IMG/VR virus record: IMGVR_UViG_3300025789_000033
Reading direction: 5' to 3' (one strand)
DNA: 64,000 nt
DNA from: an uncultured virus (IMG/VR IMGVR_UViG_3300025789_000033)
Lineage: Duplodnaviria > Heunggongvirae > Uroviricota > Caudoviricetes
Shown here one piece after another: positions 7,029 to 16,267 of this stretch (position 1 is the stretch's first letter; every line of letters begins with the position of its first letter). Both the position numbers and the translations under genes were made by a program. The notes beneath the pieces were generated by a model. The model did no database searches. It was not told where the DNA came from and saw nothing but the letters and a program-made list of their open reading frames with translations.

Positions 7029-9698
7029 TTAAAACTCGAATAAACTGTTAAATGTGTTTTTTTCTTCTGTACTGCGAACATCCCATTTAAGTACACCAAT
7101 AAGATTGTCTAGTTTCTTATCAATAATGGCCTGCTCCATCTCAGTATGATTAAAGGGCAAGTCTTTAAACCACTGCGGCAATCTGAGCTCATCTACTGGA
7201 TAAGCTACGCTTGTAAATCCTAATGGATTATCTTTAAGTTTGCAGACAATAACTTTTGCACCATCAGTGATGTTGGCACTGTACTTGTCATCAAACATTC
7301 GTTTGAGCGTATTCCAATTAATACTGGCTCGAACGTGTCCTGGCATGTTGGCTTTACCTGCCTTCTTTTCTTTAGCTTCATAGTCGGTAATATTGTTAGC
7401 ACGTTTAGGGCTACCTTTTTCCCAACCAGGCCGTGTTTTAAATTTAAGACGGAACTCGCTAATATGATCTAGAACAACTTGTTCGCTAGCACCTGTTAGA
7501 ACTTTTTCTAATACATCACTTAAGAAGTCTTGAATGAATTCAGGAGTATCACTACGCTTCAAGTCCAATCCCATGGCCTTGATCTTGCCTGGCTTACCAT
7601 CTACGTCACTGCGCTTGCCTTCCTTGTCATAGTACAAGACAGCATAACGCTTCTTAGTAATAAACAAGCCTTTGATAGCAACAATTTCACGACCAGCTTT
7701 AATAACTTCACCACGTGATTTAGGAACGTGGAATGAATCTAGCATGAACTGTGGAAATGTAGTATTAACTTCCTCACCAATTTGGTCGTATAGTTGTACT
7801 ACACTTTCTTTAGTCCAGGGAATTAATCCCGCTTCGATGTCCTTCTGTAAAGTGCGAAAAGCACTAAAATAACAAGAATCAGTGTCACCATATATAATTG
7901 CCTTTCCTCTATAATCATATTCGCCGGCAACAATCTCGTTGACCTTACCAGCCATGTGTTTAACAATTTGTCGACCAGTTAAGGTAGTTGATTGTCCAAT
8001 CCGCTTATCAAAGAACCTACAACCACTGTTAAGAATAGCACCATACAAACTATTCAAGTTAATCTTCTTAACGAGTTGTCGTTTGTCCCAGTATTCTTCT
8101 TCGACTTTGTTGCCTGCTTTGATTGCTTCTTTGAGTTTGGCCTGCATCTCTTTACGTTCCGCATACCAACGCTTTAGTAGTCCAGGGATAATACCTTCAT
8201 TTTCATATGAAAAGATAGTACCATTGGCGCTTAGTGTCCAAGGCTGATTACTTTCAAATATCAATCTGTAACATTCTGCGGCACTAAGAACATCACTATC
8301 TCCATTCTCCCAGTCAACTGTAATGTCTGTACCAATCTCTTGGTTCATTACGGCTGTATATTCTAACGATCCAAAGATACCTTCCCATGCCGCGGCAAAA
8401 CTTTTACCCTTGCCAATTTGTGTTTCAATGTATTCGTCAGTCATTGTTTGGCGTAACTGTCCAACAATAGTTTCTGGTCCCATGTTTAGAGCACGAATTG
8501 CTGATGGGTAAAGTGAGTTAATGTCTAATGAACCAATCCAATCGTGAATGCCTTCTTTAGGATAAGCAACATATGCACCAGCGGCACCTTCGTTGTTTTC
8601 ACGGTCATCCATTTTAGTACGATTAGGTACTTGGAATCCTCGACGATGTGCTTCATTAATAATAGCCTGTTCAGTTACAGCCACAGCACCCATTGTAGTC
8701 TGGAGCAATACAGTACACTCATGCGCTAGTGTATTGGCAAGATCCATAAACTTTAGTTTCTTATCTAGATCGTCTAATAGCTTACAGTCATTACGGTTAT
8801 ATTCAATGAATGTTTTAAAATCATTGTTGTATAATTGGTCGAGCGTACCTTCATATTGTGTTTTACGTTGACCTAACTCATATTCCGCAATGGCGTCAAG
8901 TCTATAACTGTGGCGTTCTTCATACGTATACTTACGGTACAGCTCAAGATAGTCTAAGTGAACGCGACCAATGTAGTCATAAGTTACACTATCACGACCA
9001 AACTTTTCATATTCTCTGCGTTTAGGAAATTGGTCAAATAAACAAAAACGGCGGGTATCTTCTTTTGATAATGCTTTAGTTACTCTATTTGTAGTATATG
9101 GAATATCAAAGCCTTCTGAGTTCCAACCACTTAAAATATCTGCATCTTTAATCAGATCAAGAAATACATCTAACATTTCTGCTTCTGTTTTATAAAGCAT
9201 TGTATTAGGGAACTCTTTAACTTGTTCTAACGCTTCTTCCATTGTAATAGTCTTTGGAGGAACTGCTAAACATACCATAGTTTCCATCCATTGTAGGTAG
9301 ACAGCAATCGCAGTAATTGGCATGAAAGCATCATCAGGACTTGCATAGCCACGCTCTGGATCAAAGTCTACCTCAATATCGAAAAATGCTACGTTTAGTT
9401 TAGGTGCGTCTTGATTAATGTAGTTTTCGCTTAGACAAACAAATATTGGATTAATATCAGCTTCAAACAATTGCTTACCTGAATTGATAGCTTGTTCTTT
9501 TCGTAGTTCTTTAGTGTTTTTACAAATAACCCTGTTAAGAGGATCTCCGTAAATAGATTGAAATTTGCCGCGTGGGTCTTTATAGTAAAACGTGTGCTTG
9601 ACAGGAATGTCACGGAATACACGCTCACCTTTCTTATTGCGTTCGACTACTTTAATAACATCGTTATTACGGTCAAACCATGCATCTACATAGCTCAT
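7029..9698 (-). CDS. Family B DNA polymerase (T4 gp43-like)
   Basis: Exonuclease motifs FDIE, GWNSEGFD and YNRND; polymerase motifs DINSLYPS, KINLNSLYG and YGDTDS. Confidence 0.97.
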   Translation of the reverse strand: MSYVDAWFDRNNDVIKVVERNKKGERVFRDIPVKHTFYYKDPRGKFQSIYGDPLNRVICKNTKELRKEQAINSGKQLFEADINPIFVCLSENYINQDAPKLNVAFFDIEVDFDPERGYASPDDAFMPITAIAVYLQWMETMVCLAVPPKTITMEEALEQVKEFPNTMLYKTEAEMLDVFLDLIKDADILSGWNSEGFDIPYTTNRVTKALSKEDTRRFCLFDQFPKRREYEKFGRDSVTYDYIGRVHLDYLELYRKYTYEERHSYRLDAIAEYELGQRKTQYEGTLDQLYNNDFKTFIEYNRNDCKLLDDLDKKLKFMDLANTLAHECTVLLQTTMGAVAVTEQAIINEAHRRGFQVPNRTKMDDRENNEGAAGAYVAYPKEGIHDWIGSLDINSLYPSAIRALNMGPETIVGQLRQTMTDEYIETQIGKGKSFAAAWEGIFGSLEYTAVMNQEIGTDITVDWENGDSDVLSAAECYRLIFESNQPWTLSANGTIFSYENEGIIPGLLKRWYAERKEMQAKLKEAIKAGNKVEEEYWDKRQLVKKINLNSLYGAILNSGCRFFDKRIGQSTTLTGRQIVKHMAGKVNEIVAGEYDYRGKAIIYGDTDSCYFSAFRTLQKDIEAGLIPWTKESVVQLYDQIGEEVNTTFPQFMLDSFHVPKSRGEVIKAGREIVAIKGLFITKKRYAVLYYDKEGKRSDVDGKPGKIKAMGLDLKRSDTPEFIQDFLSDVLEKVLTGASEQVVLDHISEFRLKFKTRPGWEKGSPKRANNITDYEAKEKKAGKANMPGHVRASINWNTLKRMFDDKYSANITDGAKVIVCKLKDNPLGFTSVAYPVDELRLPQWFKDLPFNHTEMEQAIIDKKLDNLIGVLKWDVRSTEEKNTFNSLFEF

Positions 9699-9709
9699 AA
9701 TTCTCCTTA

Positions 9710-9755
9710 TGTCATTTTAGGCTGACAAATACCTAGTATGCTGTTTATGGCCAGC
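9710..9755 (-). promoter_or_regulatory. Tandem hairpins immediately 5' of the polB Shine-Dalgarno (candidate translational operator)
   Basis: GCUG-GCCAUAAA-CAGC and UGUCA-GCCUAAAA-UGACA, followed directly by UAAGGAG. Confidence 0.55.
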
Positions 9756-9777
9756 TAACCTTTCTACGCAATACTTA

Positions 9778-10035
9778 TTAGATACGCTTAGTGATATCCA
9801 AAATTGCTTCAATTTCTTCCCAGTCTTCGTTATACGCTTGCCAATCGCCTTTATGTGCAATCTTAATAGCTTTGTTAATAACGCTAGGTTTAATTTGTAA
9901 TTCTTCTGCCACAGCCTTAACTGTTTCTTTTAAGCCTTCTTGTAAGTCTTCAACTTCACGTAGTACTGTACTACCTTCTGAAATCAAACGCTCGAGTTTT
10001 GCCTTTTCTTCTGCACCGTATGAACGACCGCCCAT
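9778..10035 (-). CDS. dsDNA-binding protein, T4 DsbA/GapR-like
   Basis: 85 aa, helical. The pattern LKETVKAVAEELQIKPSVINKAIKIAHK plus an acidic tail resembles T4 DsbA. Confidence 0.65.
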   Translation of the reverse strand: MGGRSYGAEEKAKLERLISEGSTVLREVEDLQEGLKETVKAVAEELQIKPSVINKAIKIAHKGDWQAYNEDWEEIEAILDITKRI

Positions 10036-10059
10036 GTAAATCTCCTAATGTATAAGCCT

Positions 10060-10088
10060 ATTATATACTACTTATCTTGTTAAAGCAA
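10060..10088 (-). promoter_or_regulatory. Sigma70-type promoter upstream of dsbA-polB
   Basis: TTGCTT-17 bp-TATAAT, with an AGGAG RBS downstream. Confidence 0.65.
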
Positions 10089-10110
10089 CCATTAAGAAAT
10101 TTTAATCGTG

Positions 10111-10135
10111 AAAATGGCAGAACTAGTCTGCCATT
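10111..10135 (-). terminator. Rho-independent terminator
   Basis: Perfect 9-bp stem AATGGCAGA-N5-TCTGCCATT with a short T run, just after the stop at 10144. Confidence 0.7.
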
Positions 10136-10143
10136 ATACTTAC

Positions 10144-11952
10144 TTAACTACCTACGCTAGTACCGTCTGGACCATTGTAGCCAGCTGCCTTAGCCATATC
10201 AGCGGCATGTGCATCCTTGGATGCTGCCGGAGCTGCCTTTGGAAGCGAATCAATTGCAGTTTGAGCAGATTGCAATGCAGTATTGATAGTTTCATCATTA
10301 CCGTCATCTGGTAACAACGCCATAGCCTTTTTAATCTCATCAACTAGTGCTAACTGCTCTGGAGTAGGACCTGCTGGTACTGCTGGAGTTGTTGGAGTTG
10401 TTGGAGTTGTTGGAGTTGTTGGAGTTGTTGGAGTACCGCCAGCACCTGTATGTCCACCTGGAGTAGTTGGAGTACCAGCAACAGCACCTGGAGTTAGTGC
10501 AAGACCTGCACCTGCGCCCAACGCCGCGGCACCTAACGCTGCCTTGCCTGGATTGTTTGCAATTGCTTTACCACCACGGAATGCCTTTGCCGCCCAAGAG
10601 TCTTTGGTTGCTTGACTAATATTTGGAAGATTTTTTAGTCTAGATGCAATTTGTGCATCGCTTGCACCTGCTGCCGTTTGTGCCGCTTTCCATTTATCTA
10701 AATCAGCGGCACTTTTAAGAGCATTTGCTTCTCCACTTGCACCTCTGAATAGATTTTTACCAACATTGAAGGTATCGGATCCTATTGCTTTAGCTCCGCT
10801 GACAATATCGCCAAAGATACCTTCATCTAATGTTACTGGTTTATTCTTTACGCTTTCCCAGATATGTTTTACTGTAGTACTATCAGTTACTACATCACCA
10901 TTGATTCTATAAAAGTTACCATCAGAACCTAAGAAATATTCTTTGTCTAATGTTGACATAGCTTCTAACATTTCTAAACGGTTACGTAGACGAACAATAG
11001 ATTCTGCGGCAGATTCTGCGGCAGGCATTGTTACACCATATTGCTTCATAGCGGCTTGAGTCATTGGACCCATTTTGCCGTCAGCTTTGATCTTAGCACC
11101 TTTCTTAATTAGCTCATTTTGCATGGCAAATACTTTAGCATCTCCGCCTGGAGGAACTGCGGCATCTGCACCACCAAATTCACCATGCTTGTAATCACGA
11201 GCCAAGTTGGCAGCATCTAAGCCTAAACTTGCGGCAGTGCCGATACCTGGAACTAAACTAGCTAGTCCACTTGCACCTGCCATCCCGGCACCTAACCAAT
11301 CGCCTTTCTTAGCACGGTTGTATGCATCAGCCGCCCCAAATGCTAGACCAACACCTGGAATAGCTTTGCCCAACATTTTACCAACACCTTTAGCGGCGCC
11401 ATATGTTCCGGCACCCACTGCAGCCTGTTGCGCTAGACTTGCTTCACTTTCTGTTTGATATCCAAAACTTTCAATCAATCTACGTGATGAAAAAGATTCT
11501 TTAACGGTAGCAGGAGTTTTTAACGATGCTTGTAATTTAGATACTAGATCGTTTAATTTTGTAAGATTTGCGGCATTAACAGTTCTACTAGTTGCATCAG
11601 CACCTGCTTGCTTAGTATTAACTGTAGTACCTTGATCAAATGAACCTAAACCGTTAATACCAAACAAGCCTTTCTTTTCTTGCTTGCCGTATGCGCTAGC
11701 ATTTCCGCCTTTGGCAGCAATAGCATCTGCAAGATCAGGAGCATAACGCTTGATCCAATCAGTTGGCATAACTTTAGCTTGAGGAGCACCGCCCATTTCT
11801 CCGCCTGCTCGATCCATATACTTAACTTTACCATCTTTACTATCGATAAAAGCTGGTAGATCTGGTTTATCGGTATACTTGGCAATAACTTCATCTGGGT
11901 TACCAGCTTCGTTAATTGTATCTAGTTTGTTCATTAAATCGCGAATGTTCAT
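10144..11952 (-). CDS. Probable virion internal/ejection protein with a peptidoglycan-binding (PGBD-like) module
   Basis: Start MNIRDLM (AGGA RBS). Contains VFAMQNELIKKG...ADGKMGPMTQAAMKQY (PG_binding_1-like), Gly/Ala-rich hydrophobic hairpins and a PTT repeat. Confidence 0.6.
   Translation of the reverse strand: MNIRDLMNKLDTINEAGNPDEVIAKYTDKPDLPAFIDSKDGKVKYMDRAGGEMGGAPQAKVMPTDWIKRYAPDLADAIAAKGGNASAYGKQEKKGLFGINGLGSFDQGTTVNTKQAGADATSRTVNAANLTKLNDLVSKLQASLKTPATVKESFSSRRLIESFGYQTESEASLAQQAAVGAGTYGAAKGVGKMLGKAIPGVGLAFGAADAYNRAKKGDWLGAGMAGASGLASLVPGIGTAASLGLDAANLARDYKHGEFGGADAAVPPGGDAKVFAMQNELIKKGAKIKADGKMGPMTQAAMKQYGVTMPAAESAAESIVRLRNRLEMLEAMSTLDKEYFLGSDGNFYRINGDVVTDSTTVKHIWESVKNKPVTLDEGIFGDIVSGAKAIGSDTFNVGKNLFRGASGEANALKSAADLDKWKAAQTAAGASDAQIASRLKNLPNISQATKDSWAAKAFRGGKAIANNPGKAALGAAALGAGAGLALTPGAVAGTPTTPGGHTGAGGTPTTPTTPTTPTTPTTPAVPAGPTPEQLALVDEIKKAMALLPDDGNDETINTALQSAQTAIDSLPKAAPAASKDAHAADMAKAAGYNGPDGTSVGS
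10384..10434. repeat. 9-bp tandem repeat (TGGAGTTGT x5.7) encoding a (PTT)n linker
   Basis: Directly visible in the sequence. Confidence 0.9.
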
Positions 11953-11953
11953 T

Positions 11954-13525
11954 TTATTTTCCTTTTTTTGGTACGCAGTTAGGTACTGACTTGCCGCCTT
12001 TTTTCTTTGTACCAACCATTTTATAACCTTTCCAACATGGGTCGTTCATCATTTCATCTATGCCAACAGGAATATTTCTACTGTTAACACCACCGGCTCG
12101 ACGCTTTGATCCTAGTTCACCTAGTCCATGACTAATTTGTTCTATGTTCATAGCAAGCTCAGGGAACAACTTAGTAATGTGTTGCCATATTCTTGGATCA
12201 TCACTTTGTGCTTGTTCTGCTAGATCTTTTAGCTGTCTACGAGCTCGCATGATACGTGCTTCTATACTAGCTGGATTAACTCCTTGATGACTATGAATAG
12301 TACTAGACATTGGATTTTCACGATCAAAGTCTAGTGGAGCTTCTGCTACATTACTTTGTAAGCCTGGACCACCAGGACCTGGTTTAAATCCCATGCTATG
12401 ACCAGGAATTTCATTTTCATTTAATCCTGGGATAGGATGTAGACCGTGCGGTATATGTCCGTTCCAATGTTGTGTATTATGATGTTTAGAAGGTAAATCT
12501 CTAACTGCATTAGGTTCTGCTAGATCGCAATGTTTTGTATGATGATGAAAAATTGTGCTACCACAATCGTAACAAGGATAGTTGTCTAGCGGACTTTCTT
12601 CTCTGCGATCTCGATTAAAATCAAACTCGTTTACAACTTTCTTTTTGCCCTTCATTGCGTTACTTAACAATGCAGTGCCTTTATCTTTCTTATTAAATTC
12701 TTTAGCAACACTAGGTTTAATGCCAATCTTTTTAGCAAACTCTGGATTATGTGCCGCGGCAGCCATAGTACGTGCTTGTTTTTCTGTAGTACTACGTTCG
12801 TCTAATTTGCTTTCCTTCATCATTACACGTTCAGCGATAGTCTGCGCATACTGCTTATAAAGATTATTTTTTTGTGTTAGTCTTTCAGCCGCATCTGTTT
12901 CAGCCTGACTAAAATATTTCTTTATACTTGATTCGCGAGTAATAGTTGGAGTTACTGGTGTTTCAACGACTGGTTGCTGGTAGTGTTGCATAGCCATTTG
13001 TACAGGCAACGAAACTTTATGCGGATTAGCGCCTTCGTTTAAACTAACTACGTCATTCTTTTTAACAATAGATAAAAACTTATCTAAGCTGTTTTCTTGT
13101 AAATCTGCCATTACTTTGGCTGTTTCTTCATCGCTCAACGGAGTTGTTGTAACTTGAGGTTCTTTAACTTGATTTTTTGGATCTAATTGTCTTAACAACT
13201 GTTGGATAACTTTGCCTTGATCTTGTTTAATAGCGGCTATGTATCCTGGACTTTTAATAGTGGTGCCCATAATAGCACCCTTCTCTTTAGTATCAGTTGC
13301 CGGCAAATCATAATATTTTGAACCGTCTGACGGATCTGTTTCAAGATACGGAGCAAGTGCGTGTTGTTGAGCTGGTGTAAGACCTGATGGAGATGGCGGT
13401 GTAGTAGCCGCACCATACATAGCGGCTTCGTCGACTACACGAAGAAATTTAGCCATGCTATTAACGCCTTCTACAGGCTTTGAAGATGCCCCATCCATCG
13501 CCTGTAAAATGCGTTTCATGTCCAT
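11954..13525 (-). CDS. Mosaic probable head-internal protein
   Basis: 523 aa built from short modules (KQARTMAAAAHNPEFAKK; CYDC...HHHTKHC; PCWKGYKMVGTKKKGGKSVPNCVP) separated by (L/I/V)xE sites. Confidence 0.6.
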   Translation of the reverse strand: MDMKRILQAMDGASSKPVEGVNSMAKFLRVVDEAAMYGAATTPPSPSGLTPAQQHALAPYLETDPSDGSKYYDLPATDTKEKGAIMGTTIKSPGYIAAIKQDQGKVIQQLLRQLDPKNQVKEPQVTTTPLSDEETAKVMADLQENSLDKFLSIVKKNDVVSLNEGANPHKVSLPVQMAMQHYQQPVVETPVTPTITRESSIKKYFSQAETDAAERLTQKNNLYKQYAQTIAERVMMKESKLDERSTTEKQARTMAAAAHNPEFAKKIGIKPSVAKEFNKKDKGTALLSNAMKGKKKVVNEFDFNRDRREESPLDNYPCYDCGSTIFHHHTKHCDLAEPNAVRDLPSKHHNTQHWNGHIPHGLHPIPGLNENEIPGHSMGFKPGPGGPGLQSNVAEAPLDFDRENPMSSTIHSHQGVNPASIEARIMRARRQLKDLAEQAQSDDPRIWQHITKLFPELAMNIEQISHGLGELGSKRRAGGVNSRNIPVGIDEMMNDPCWKGYKMVGTKKKGGKSVPNCVPKKGK

Positions 13526-13529
13526 AGGA

Positions 13530-15056
13530 TTAACCCAATAGTTTTTGTGTCAATGCACGGATGCTAGCAACTTCGCCTGATTCATTTAAAGATGCACGTT
13601 CGTTTTGATTTAAACGACCAGTTAGTTGACGCATACGTGTTAAGTCTGCAGATTCACTAATTGGATCTTTCTTACCTGCTGGAGCTGGCATCATAGAACC
13701 TAATTTTTTAGCTTCTTCTGCATCCTTGGCACCTGATGGATTTGGAACTACAGTTAAGTTTTCCTCAACATCTTTTTCTTTCTTTTTCTTCTCAGCTAGA
13801 TATGCTTGAGTTTCTTTGATGTTTTTCCACATAGCGGCAGCGGCTACTTTCTCGCCTTTCTCTTTAGAACCATACTCTTTAGCGGCTTTAGCGGCTAAAC
13901 CTTTAAAACCTTTACCTGGCTTACCGATGTCTTCACCTTTCTTAGCGGCCTTAACAGTTGCAGACTTTTTCTCTTTGCTTAAACCTGCACTTGGCGCGGC
14001 TTCTTTCATGGCTTTATCTTTAACAGCTTTCTTCATAGACTCTTTCTTGTTACCATCTTTGTCCATGTCTAAGAAGTCAGGCTTAGCTTTTGCTTCGTCA
14101 ACTTTTTTTGCTTTCTTACCAGCACGTAGGTCAGCTAGGTCGTCAGCTTCGATGTCGCCATCATGATCTACATCTAGTTTAGTTTGTTTGCCTTTTAGTT
14201 TGGCAGCTTCATTAGTAGTTTTTACACCACCTTTCATGATAGTCTGCTTGCCTGGGTTAGCTTTACCCCATGCTTTAGATTCTTTCTCGTCAGCTTTGTC
14301 CATGGCTTTCTCGCCTTTCTTTTCATCAGCTGAACGTGACTTAACTTTGCTTGCTGGCTCTGCATGTGGCTCATCGCTGAAACGAGCTGGATTATGTGAA
14401 TGACGTAGTCCAGTCTTAGTGCGAGTAATTTCGCCACCTGTTGAACTTGTTTCTTCTTCAACGTTCATTTCACTGCTATCCATACGCTTGTGAGCTGCCT
14501 TAGTAGCATTTACCATTGTGTTGTACTTGGCAACTTTGCTCTTAACATGATCTGGAATTGGTTGCGCTTCTCTGTACACCATGCCAGTGCCACCGCACTC
14601 TGAACATGTTTCTTCACCACCACGTAATGGGCCTTCCATTACTTTTTTCTCTTTAGACTTTTCAGCTTGAGTTTTCTTTAATTCTTTAATGCGCATTTTA
14701 GCCTCCGTTAGTCGAGCTTTGAGTAATTTCTTTTGACCTTCGCTCAATGTATCGGCAGAATCTAGATGCTTACCGTATTCGCTAAACTTCATTTCATATT
14801 CTAGATAATGATATACACTAGCGATGTAATCAGCGGCTTTGGTAATCTTGGCTTGTACCCATGCTTCCATTTGATCATCGTCATGAACTTGTTTGAACAA
14901 TTTCATACTGTAGTTGGCTAATTTGTACAAATCAGCTTTGGCCATTGCGCCTTCGTGATCTACTTCGTCACTGTGTAAGCCAACAACTGCTGATTGCTCT
15001 GTTGGGCTAGTTTGTGGCACCATTTCTGGGCTATTTTGGTCTAATTCTGCTGGCAT
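13530..15056 (-). CDS. Lys/Glu-rich mosaic probable head-internal protein
   Basis: Contains a DHEGAMAK...WVQAKITKA helical module, CSECGGTG, and two DxDxDG loops (DVDHDGD, DMDKDGN). Confidence 0.6.
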   Translation of the reverse strand: MPAELDQNSPEMVPQTSPTEQSAVVGLHSDEVDHEGAMAKADLYKLANYSMKLFKQVHDDDQMEAWVQAKITKAADYIASVYHYLEYEMKFSEYGKHLDSADTLSEGQKKLLKARLTEAKMRIKELKKTQAEKSKEKKVMEGPLRGGEETCSECGGTGMVYREAQPIPDHVKSKVAKYNTMVNATKAAHKRMDSSEMNVEEETSSTGGEITRTKTGLRHSHNPARFSDEPHAEPASKVKSRSADEKKGEKAMDKADEKESKAWGKANPGKQTIMKGGVKTTNEAAKLKGKQTKLDVDHDGDIEADDLADLRAGKKAKKVDEAKAKPDFLDMDKDGNKKESMKKAVKDKAMKEAAPSAGLSKEKKSATVKAAKKGEDIGKPGKGFKGLAAKAAKEYGSKEKGEKVAAAAMWKNIKETQAYLAEKKKKEKDVEENLTVVPNPSGAKDAEEAKKLGSMMPAPAGKKDPISESADLTRMRQLTGRLNQNERASLNESGEVASIRALTQKLLG

Positions 15057-15082
15057 GAGTATACTCCGTTATCTTAATATAT

Positions 15083-15646
15083 TTAGCGTCTTTTGATGAT
15101 AGGTGCTTGGATATTTTCCATAGGCCCACCGAATAAACTTACACTATTCTGGTCTAGGGCACTTACACTTTTTACTTTTTTATGTCTATGCTTGTGTCCG
15201 GTAACACTGGGATTAGGTAAACTAGCTATACTTGCACTACTAGTAGCGCCTGCTGAAGCTGTTTCATCTATACCTTTTTTCTTCTTTTTAGCAATTGCAA
15301 TGGCCGCTTGTTGTGCGGCATTGGCAGCTTCTGATACATCATCTGGTTTGCCAAAAGGGTGTACTTCAACCCACTTACCGCCCTGATTTTGAATCCATTT
15401 ACCTTTGTGATATTTGCTTCTAACAATACCATGTACTCTTAATGCGGCTTCTTGGCTATCTCTGAACCCCATATTACGTGCTTCACGTTCTTGGTGTCCT
15501 GAAATCATCAGTTGTTTAAGACGGCCTTCTTTATAGATGTACCATAGATTAGCTTCGTCATTTCCACCACGCAAATCATTTCCATCACTATCGTAGTAAT
15601 TTGTAAAACTTCCGTGTCTGCTTTCTTCTAATTCGTGCATTTTCAT
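15083..15646 (-). CDS. Hypothetical protein, probably head-internal
   Basis: MKMHELEES leader and internal VSE/IDE sites. Confidence 0.65.
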   Translation of the reverse strand: MKMHELEESRHGSFTNYYDSDGNDLRGGNDEANLWYIYKEGRLKQLMISGHQEREARNMGFRDSQEAALRVHGIVRSKYHKGKWIQNQGGKWVEVHPFGKPDDVSEAANAAQQAAIAIAKKKKKGIDETASAGATSSASIASLPNPSVTGHKHRHKKVKSVSALDQNSVSLFGGPMENIQAPIIKRR

Positions 15647-15648
15647 AA

Positions 15649-15855
15649 TTATTTTCCTACAGGTTTTTCACCAGTTAAGTATGGCTTGCTAAACCACAAC
15701 TGAAACCATTCTTGTGTTCCTGGTTGTATTTTATGTTCGCGTTGCAATATTGCTTTTTCTGTACCAGTTAAACTAATATTACTGCCACCGTAAGGTTGCA
15801 ATCCTTTGTATTCATTAATTCCTGCTAGTTTTTTAAGTTTAGCTAATTCGTCCAT
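15649..15855 (-). CDS. Small hypothetical protein
   Basis: 68 aa, tightly packed. Motifs LKKLAGINE and PGTQEWFQLWFSKPYLTGE. Confidence 0.7.
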   Translation of the reverse strand: MDELAKLKKLAGINEYKGLQPYGGSNISLTGTEKAILQREHKIQPGTQEWFQLWFSKPYLTGEKPVGK

Positions 15856-16265
15856 TATACACCGTACTTGTTCTTTTTAGGAGTAGCTACTGCACTTTTC
15901 TTATTAACATGATCAGATTCTTGACTACCTTTAGTTGATAATGCTTTTTGTTTCAACCCCATTGATTTTCTACTGTTATTAATAATGTCTGCATCAGCGT
16001 CAGTATATGCTACAGTTACAAATTCGTTAGCCGCAGGCCCAATCCGAGCCATACTTTGCTTGTCCGGGCTACCTGCCATGTGTACCCCAAATCGATACAT
16101 ATCGTAGTAGTGACTAGGCAAATCTGGATAAGTTGCCATTCCCGGAATACTAGATTGCTGGTTAGTGTCTAATCGACTACGCCCACCGGAGATACCAGAT
16201 CCACCTTGCGCAGAGACACTATCTGAGTCTGCTTCTGATTCTCTAATAAGTTCGCGTAGTCTCAT
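15855..16265 (-). CDS. Hypothetical protein, paralogous to the C-terminal domain of 16268..17566
   Basis: MRLRELIRES leader. YxMxR, (Y/M)Txxxxx(I/M)I, SxE and the C-terminal KKNxYG(V/I) are shared with the neighbour. Confidence 0.7.
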   Translation of the reverse strand: MRLRELIRESEADSDSVSAQGGSGISGGRSRLDTNQQSSIPGMATYPDLPSHYYDMYRFGVHMAGSPDKQSMARIGPAANEFVTVAYTDADADIINNSRKSMGLKQKALSTKGSQESDHVNKKSAVATPKKNKYGV

Positions 16266-16267
16266 TA

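Noticed and set aside
7029..9698. Intein or intron in the DNA polymerase
   Set aside because: The ORF is a continuous 889 aa with normal length and no Hint motifs visible.
10081..10088. T4 MotA box (TGCTTTA)
   Set aside because: The spacing fits an ordinary -35 with a 17-bp spacer, and the motif was not noticed at the other promoters.
10384..10434. Tandem repeat as a regulatory element or array
   Set aside because: It is an in-frame 9-mer encoding a Pro/Thr linker.
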